The notes beneath the pieces are model-generated. The model was not told the origin of the DNA. It saw only the letters and a program-made list of their open reading frames with translations, and did not search any database. This document shows positions 55,599 through 60,148 of a stretch of DNA of 60,148 nt, one piece after another (position 1 is the stretch's first letter; each line of letters opens with the position of its first letter). The stretch lies in the NCBI GenBank assembly GCA_003551435.1, contig PUMQ01000021.1, forward strand, positions 1 to 60,148. Reading direction: 5' to 3'. Both the position numbers and the translations under genes were made by a program. This DNA is from Candidatus Nealsonbacteria bacterium (GTDB lineage Bacteria > Patescibacteriota > Minisyncoccia > Minisyncoccales > PWPS01).

Positions 55599-56309
55599 TT
55601 ATACTTTTTTTAAAATTCTTTCAAACTCCCCCGGCTTTGTGGAAGCCCCTCCAACAAGAAGCCCGTCAAACCCCGCTTTGACGTAAGAAGAAGCGTTTTT
55701 CCCATCCACGCTTCCTCCGTAAAGAACGGGAATATCTTCACCTTTTTTTCTAATCTTGGCAAGAAAGCTTTTTATAAAAAGTTTTCTTTTCTCAGCTAAA
55801 TCAACAGGACAAGCCTTCCCCGTTCCTATAGCAAAAACAGGCTCATAAGCAATGATAACGTTTTTTAAAGGAACTCCCTGTAGTGCTTCTTTAAGCTGTT
55901 TTTTAATTTCTTCCGGAGCACTTTCTTTTTCTTTCTTTTCTCCGACACATAAAATAGGGGTCATTTTTTCGGCCAAAACCGCTTTTACTTTCATCTTTAT
56001 CACCTTTGCTTCCTCCTTTAAAACAGTTCTTCTCTCCGAATGGCCGACAATAACATACTTGCACCCGATATCTTTTAGCATTCCCGGAGAAACTTCTCCC
56101 GTAAAGGAGCTTTTTTTGCCGCCCCTCTCCCAGAAACAATTCTGTGCTCCCACTTTTCCCTTTTTTACTGTTCTTTTTACTTCTTCTAAGAAAATAAAAG
56201 GCGGGCAGACGACAACCCTTTTATCATCCGAAGCCCGCGCTATTTCTTTCGCCTCTTTTAACGTCCGGGGATTCATTTTCCAATTAGCAACAACAAGAAT
56301 ATTTCTCAT
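55599..56309 (-). CDS. tpiA: Triosephosphate isomerase
   Basis: VVANWKMN, VIVGHSERR, AYEPVFAIGTG and YGGSV. Confidence 0.94.
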   Translation of the reverse strand: MRNILVVANWKMNPRTLKEAKEIARASDDKRVVVCPPFIFLEEVKRTVKKGKVGAQNCFWERGGKKSSFTGEVSPGMLKDIGCKYVIVGHSERRTVLKEEAKVIKMKVKAVLAEKMTPILCVGEKKEKESAPEEIKKQLKEALQGVPLKNVIIAYEPVFAIGTGKACPVDLAEKRKLFIKSFLAKIRKKGEDIPVLYGGSVDGKNASSYVKAGFDGLLVGGASTKPGEFERILKKV

Positions 56310-56376
56310 AAAATTATCTAAGAATTATTTATGCGTGAAACCCGGAAACAAGTGCCGAATTATTCCCCTCCCCTTG

Positions 56377-57414
56377 CTACTGTCCTCTGAGGTAATCCGC
56401 CGCCTTTTCCGGCTTAATGGTAGAAATTTCCATTCTTGCCCCCAGTTCAAAACCGGCCCAAACGGAAGTTTTCGGCAAGATGGTCCAGTGCCAGTGATAA
56501 TAGCTGTGGTCCATCCCGTCCGAGGGAGCGCAGTGAAGATAAAAATTGTAAGGAGGATCATTTAGCCCTTTGTAAAGCTTTGAAAGCGCCTTTCCGAACG
56601 CGTCGGCCAGAAGATCAAGCTCTTTTTCAGTTATCTCTTCAAAGTAGGCAAGATGGTTTTTTGGAGAAATAATAGTCTGGAAAGCGGCTTTGGAGGCAAA
56701 AGGACAGATGACTAGAAAAAGGTCGTTTTCGTAGACAATTCTTTCTCTTTTTTCCATTTCCCACTTATTCATCTGGCAGTAAATACAGTTTTTGTTTTCC
56801 TGGTGATAGTTCCTCCCTTTTGCAAGGGCCTTATTTAAATCTATGTCAATAAGCGGAGTGGTCAGTATTTGCGAGTGAGGATGGGCAACGGATGCACCCG
56901 CTTCCGCTCCGTGGTTGTGGAAGATAGAAACGTAATTGACATGCTTTTTTTCCTTGAGTTCCACGTATCTTTGTTTATAAAGAGCAAATACTTCGCGAAC
57001 TTTTTCGACAGGAAGTTCTCCGAGCGACTTATAATGATCCCGGGTAATAACAACCTCGTGATAACCGACTGCATTCATTGTTTGATAAAGATGGTTTTCG
57101 TATCTTTTATTCAGTTCGTCTGCAGGAAGAAAAGCGGGAAACTTGTTGGCGATGGAAATAGCGCTCCACTCTTCGGTAAATTCCTCTCTTTTTTTCCCGT
57201 TTTCAAAAACGGAAAGAACGTTTTCCGTTCCGTCAATGTTGCAAAAAGGGCACTCTTTGGTCGATGTTTCTTCTTTCGCCCTTTCCTCCTTCTTGAACAT
57301 TTCGGGCCTTTTCGCCCTCCCGGAAGCTACCACCACCCAATCTCCTGAAGAAATGTCGTAGCGGAGTTCCGAAGGAAACTCCCCATTTTGATCTTCTTTT
57401 TTTTCTTCATCCAT
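56377..57414 (-). CDS. galT: Galactose-1-phosphate uridylyltransferase-like HIT-family nucleotidyltransferase
   Basis: CPFC zinc motif and HPHSQ (HxHxQ) active-site motif in a two-half GalT-like layout; 345 aa. Confidence 0.75.
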   Translation of the reverse strand: MDEEKKEDQNGEFPSELRYDISSGDWVVVASGRAKRPEMFKKEERAKEETSTKECPFCNIDGTENVLSVFENGKKREEFTEEWSAISIANKFPAFLPADELNKRYENHLYQTMNAVGYHEVVITRDHYKSLGELPVEKVREVFALYKQRYVELKEKKHVNYVSIFHNHGAEAGASVAHPHSQILTTPLIDIDLNKALAKGRNYHQENKNCIYCQMNKWEMEKRERIVYENDLFLVICPFASKAAFQTIISPKNHLAYFEEITEKELDLLADAFGKALSKLYKGLNDPPYNFYLHCAPSDGMDHSYYHWHWTILPKTSVWAGFELGARMEISTIKPEKAADYLRGQ

Positions 57415-57487
57415 ATTTTTTTAGTAATTTTTAATCTGTACCGCATTATACAAAATAAAAAAACATTTTACAAATCCCCAAAAAAAC

Positions 57488-57510
57488 TTGCGAAGGTCGG
57501 ACCTTCGCAA
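57488..57510 (-). terminator. Terminator hairpin ttgcgaaggtcggaccttcgcaa (copy 3 of the conserved family), downstream of map
   Basis: Minus strand reads ttgcgaaggtccgaccttcgcaa followed by gttttttt. Confidence 0.7.
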
Positions 57511-57520
57511 TTGTAGGAGG

Positions 57521-58261
57521 TTAAATTTCGGTGATAACAAGGGGACCCTCTTTGGTTACCGCCACTGTGTGTTCAAAATGAGCGGAAAGAGATCCATCCG
57601 CCGTTTTAATTCCCTGCTTGTGCTCTTCAATCTCTCCACTGCCCAAAGAAAACATCGGCTCAATGCAAAGAACCATCCCCTCTTTAAGAGCAATCCCCTT
57701 GCGCCTTCTCCCTTCGTTTAACACCTGCGGATCTTCGTGGACATCCCTCCCTATTCCGTGTCCGCAAAGCCCTTTCATTACAAAAAGACCTGCCTTTTCG
57801 GCATGCCTTTGGATAGTGTTTCCAATATCACCCAGAGTATTTCCCTCTCTCGTTTTCTTTATTCCTCTTTTAAGAGCTTTCTTCGTTTCTCTTATAAGGC
57901 GCAAGGCATCCCCTTCCGCCTTTAAGACAGGCAGAGTAACCGCCATGTCGGTATGAAATCCTTTATAAAAAAGCCCCAGATCAAGTGTGATTATATCCCC
58001 TTCTTTTAGTTCATACTCGGAAGGAACCCCGTGGACAACGGTCTCATTTACGCTGGTACAAAGTGCCTCGGGAAAGTCCCTGTGCCCCTTGAAAGAAGGT
58101 TTTCCTCCTTTTTGGAGAATAGCTTTTTCTGCGTAATTGTTTAAAAAGGAAGTGGTAATTCCGGGAGAAACCTTTTCCTTTAACTCTTCCATTATCCCTG
58201 CTAAAATCTTCCCCCCTTCTCTCATTAAAGCTATCTCCTGTGGGGACTTGAGAATAATCAT
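57521..58261 (-). CDS. map: Methionine aminopeptidase type I
   Basis: Metal-ligand pattern (DLGLFYKGFHTD, GHGIG, EPM, EHTV) in 246 aa. Confidence 0.95.
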   Translation of the reverse strand: MIILKSPQEIALMREGGKILAGIMEELKEKVSPGITTSFLNNYAEKAILQKGGKPSFKGHRDFPEALCTSVNETVVHGVPSEYELKEGDIITLDLGLFYKGFHTDMAVTLPVLKAEGDALRLIRETKKALKRGIKKTREGNTLGDIGNTIQRHAEKAGLFVMKGLCGHGIGRDVHEDPQVLNEGRRRKGIALKEGMVLCIEPMFSLGSGEIEEHKQGIKTADGSLSAHFEHTVAVTKEGPLVITEI

Positions 58262-58920
58262 GTAAAGATTTTTAAAACATCTTCAAATACCTTTTCAATG
58301 CTCCGCTCTCCATCCACTTCAAATAATTTTTCCTTCTTTCTGTAATACTCGAGAGCAGGCACCGTTTCTTTTTCAAACTCCTCCAAGCGTCTTTTTATGG
58401 AATCACTGTTGTCGTCAATCCTGGTAGCAAGCTCCCCCTCGCATTTATTGCATCTCTCTATTTCTTTAAACTCTCCGACCCACGGAATAATATTTCCACA
58501 TTTTTTACACTGTCTTCTTTTTGTCAGGCGGTTGTAAGATTCTTCGGGTGAAATACGGATAAAAACCGCTTTTGTGTCTCTATCCCACCCGTACCAACTT
58601 AACGCTTCATCCAAAAAAACCGCCTCGGAAAGTATCCTCGTCCATCCGTCCAGGACAACCCCTTTGAACCCTTTCTCTTCTTTGAATTTTTCCAACTCGT
58701 CAAGGAGGAGCTTTATGACAACAAAGCTCGGAGCAAGACTTCCTTCTTCTAAAACCTTAGCAAGTTTTTCGCCCGTAAAATCGGGTTTCTTGATTCTTTT
58801 TCTAAGAGTATCTCCACTCCCGAGATATTTCAAATCAAACCTCTCGGCAAGCAGTTTTGCTTGTGTTCCTTTCCCTGATCCGGGAGGGCCAATAAGTATC
58901 GCTATTTTTTTATCGGGCAT
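58258..58920 (-). CDS. adk: Adenylate kinase (zinc-lid type)
   Basis: GPPGSGKGTQAKLLAE and lid CKKCG...CNKCEG. The TGA stop overlaps the map ATG. Confidence 0.94.
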   Translation of the reverse strand: MPDKKIAILIGPPGSGKGTQAKLLAERFDLKYLGSGDTLRKRIKKPDFTGEKLAKVLEEGSLAPSFVVIKLLLDELEKFKEEKGFKGVVLDGWTRILSEAVFLDEALSWYGWDRDTKAVFIRISPEESYNRLTKRRQCKKCGNIIPWVGEFKEIERCNKCEGELATRIDDNSDSIKRRLEEFEKETVPALEYYRKKEKLFEVDGERSIEKVFEDVLKIFT

Positions 58921-58975
58921 GATTTGTTTGGCTTATATGTCAGATAACCCGCAACCCCATAGATTGTAAGTCGGC

Positions 58976-59377
58976 TTATATGGTTTCGTACTCCCTCATC
59001 TGAAGCTGAGCGTTTATCTGTCTTATTGTCTCTAGAACAACGCTAACTATAATAATCAGAGAGGCGCCTCCGATAAGAAAGCCGAAAGCTTCAACTTCCG
59101 TAAGAGCGGAGATAGCCATGGGCAGTACCGCTACCGTTGCTAAAAATAATGCTCCCAAGAAAAGCACTCTGTTTAGAATATAACTTATATGGTTAGCGGT
59201 AGGTCTTCCCGGCCTTATCCCGGGAACAAACCCTCCCATTTTTTGCAGGTTTTCGGAAACATTCTTAGGATCAAAGGTTACCGCTGTATAAAAGTAAGTA
59301 AAAAGGCAAACTAAAATGAAAATGAGAGCGCCGTAGACCCAGGTAGTTTCAAGAAATACGGAAATCTGCTCTGCCAC
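58976..59377 (-). CDS. secY: SecY C-terminal third (ORF downstream of an in-frame TGA)
   Basis: FYTAVTFDPKNVSENLQKMGGFVPGIRPGRPT...GGASLIIIVSVVLET matches SecY TM8-TM10. It is in frame with the upstream fragment. Confidence 0.85.
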   Translation of the reverse strand: MAEQISVFLETTWVYGALIFILVCLFTYFYTAVTFDPKNVSENLQKMGGFVPGIRPGRPTANHISYILNRVLFLGALFLATVAVLPMAISALTEVEAFGFLIGGASLIIIVSVVLETIRQINAQLQMREYETI

Positions 59378-59389
59378 GTTTCCTACTAA

Positions 59390-60148
59390 TCACTCTACAC
59401 CCGTAAGAAAACCGATAACCATTGAAGGAAGGACCACCATCGACATAGCGAAAATAATGGGAATTACTCCTGCCGGATTTAAACTAATAGGTAGATAAGT
59501 AGAGGCGCCCCCGTACATTTTCCTTCCCCTCACTCTTCTTGCGTAAGAGACGGGAATATTTCTCCTTGCCTCATTGACATGCACCACCGAAGCGATTATG
59601 GGAATCCCGATAAGGAAAAAGAGAAGATACATGGGAACCGCGTCGGGATTAAACATTATGTCGCTTATCATGTACCATATATTTGAAGGAAGCGTGGAAA
59701 TAATACCTGCAAAAATGAGAAGCGATACTCCGTTTCCAATTCCTTTTTCCGTAATAAGCTCTCCCAGCCACATCAAAAACACGGTACCGGCAGTAACAAC
59801 CGCCAAAATGTTAATTGTCTCAAAAATCCCGATAGGGGGAAGAACTTGCTGATTCTGAAGAAGAGTAAGCATTCCGTAAGTTTGCACGATAGCAAAAGGA
59901 ACGGTGAGCATTCTCCCGTACTGGTTAACTTTCTGCCTTCCCGCGTCTCCTTCTTCTCTGTACATTTTTTGGAGCTTCGGCCAAACAAGTGTAAGAAGCT
60001 GAATCACAATCACCGCAGTAATGTAAGGCCCCAGCCCGAGCATAACGATAGAAAACTGGTCAAGAGTCCCTCCTATTAGAAGGTCTGCAAACTGGAACAT
60101 CTGAAACCGAGCAAGAAGCTCCTGCATTTTATCGGCATCTATCCCAGG
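59390..60148 (-). CDS. secY: SecY N-terminal part (5' end outside the window), terminated by an in-frame TGA at 59390-59392
   Basis: IPGIDADKMQELL..., LGLGPYITAVIVIQLL, GRQKVNQYGRMLTV and NPAGVIPIIFAMS. The frame stays open to the window edge. Confidence 0.85.
   Translation of the reverse strand, partial: PGIDADKMQELLARFQMFQFADLLIGGTLDQFSIVMLGLGPYITAVIVIQLLTLVWPKLQKMYREEGDAGRQKVNQYGRMLTVPFAIVQTYGMLTLLQNQQVLPPIGIFETINILAVVTAGTVFLMWLGELITEKGIGNGVSLLIFAGIISTLPSNIWYMISDIMFNPDAVPMYLLFFLIGIPIIASVVHVNEARRNIPVSYARRVRGRKMYGGASTYLPISLNPAGVIPIIFAMSMVVLPSMVIGFLTGVE

Noticed and set aside
55852-56565. Long antisense ORFs (e.g. 55852..56565 +, 39894..40520 +, 3986..4597 +, 13792..14277 +, 27958..28569 +) as genes
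   Set aside because: Each lies fully opposite a well-supported conserved gene and has low-complexity Ser/Phe/Leu/Pro-rich translation, typical of shadow ORFs in AT-biased, purine-skewed coding DNA.
59390-59392. Genome-wide UGA reassignment (code 4 UGA=Trp, or code 25 UGA=Gly as in some CPR lineages) as the explanation for the in-frame TGA in secY
   Set aside because: Eight other ORFs in the window end at TGA at the positions expected for their families (murA, pheT, adk, gatC and others), several in ATGA stop/start overlaps. No other conserved gene is fragmented. A reassigned code would break or extend many genes.

Overview
Gene-dense, AT-leaning bacterial chromosome segment made almost entirely of housekeeping genes, most on the minus strand (25.5-60.1 kb is one co-directional block). 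My inference is a streamlined, CPR/Patescibacteria-like genome: many proteins lack accessory domains, ribosomal proteins carry Lys/Glu-rich tails, and Shine-Dalgarno sites are rare. Contents: an IS transposase 3' fragment at the left edge; a tRNA-Tyr/Thr-rpmG-tRNA-Trp cluster; contiguous uvrB-uvrA-uvrC; a T-box-controlled glycyl-tRNA synthetase; a P-type ATPase; rpsP-KH-trmD; rnc, nusB, rpmF, rnhB; dnaE, thrS, miaB-miaA; gatB; a deoxypyrimidine block (deoC, tandem-fused thyX, tmk, dNMP-kinase-like, dCMP deaminase); rplK-nusG-secE; gyrB; pheST; tRNA-fMet/Met/Asp; gatCA; two mreB paralogs; proS, rseP, frr, holB, murA; and the ribosomal block rpsI..infA and map-adk-secY, interrupted by about 5.8 kb (alaS, tpiA, galT-like and others). 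No CRISPR array, defence system or intact mobile element is visible. Most notable: (1) one in-frame TGA splitting essential secY; (2) a ~145-nt GC-rich, highly base-paired intergenic element between uvrB and the glyQS leader, bracketed by two TGTAAA-N14-TTTACA palindromes; (3) a 17-unit heptamer array upstream of alaS; (4) a family of related intergenic elements with a YAYAAGY motif 8-10 nt before start codons; (5) an unusual tandem-fused ThyX beside a phage-gp1-like dNMP kinase. All calls come from reading the sequence and recalled family motifs; no searches were run.
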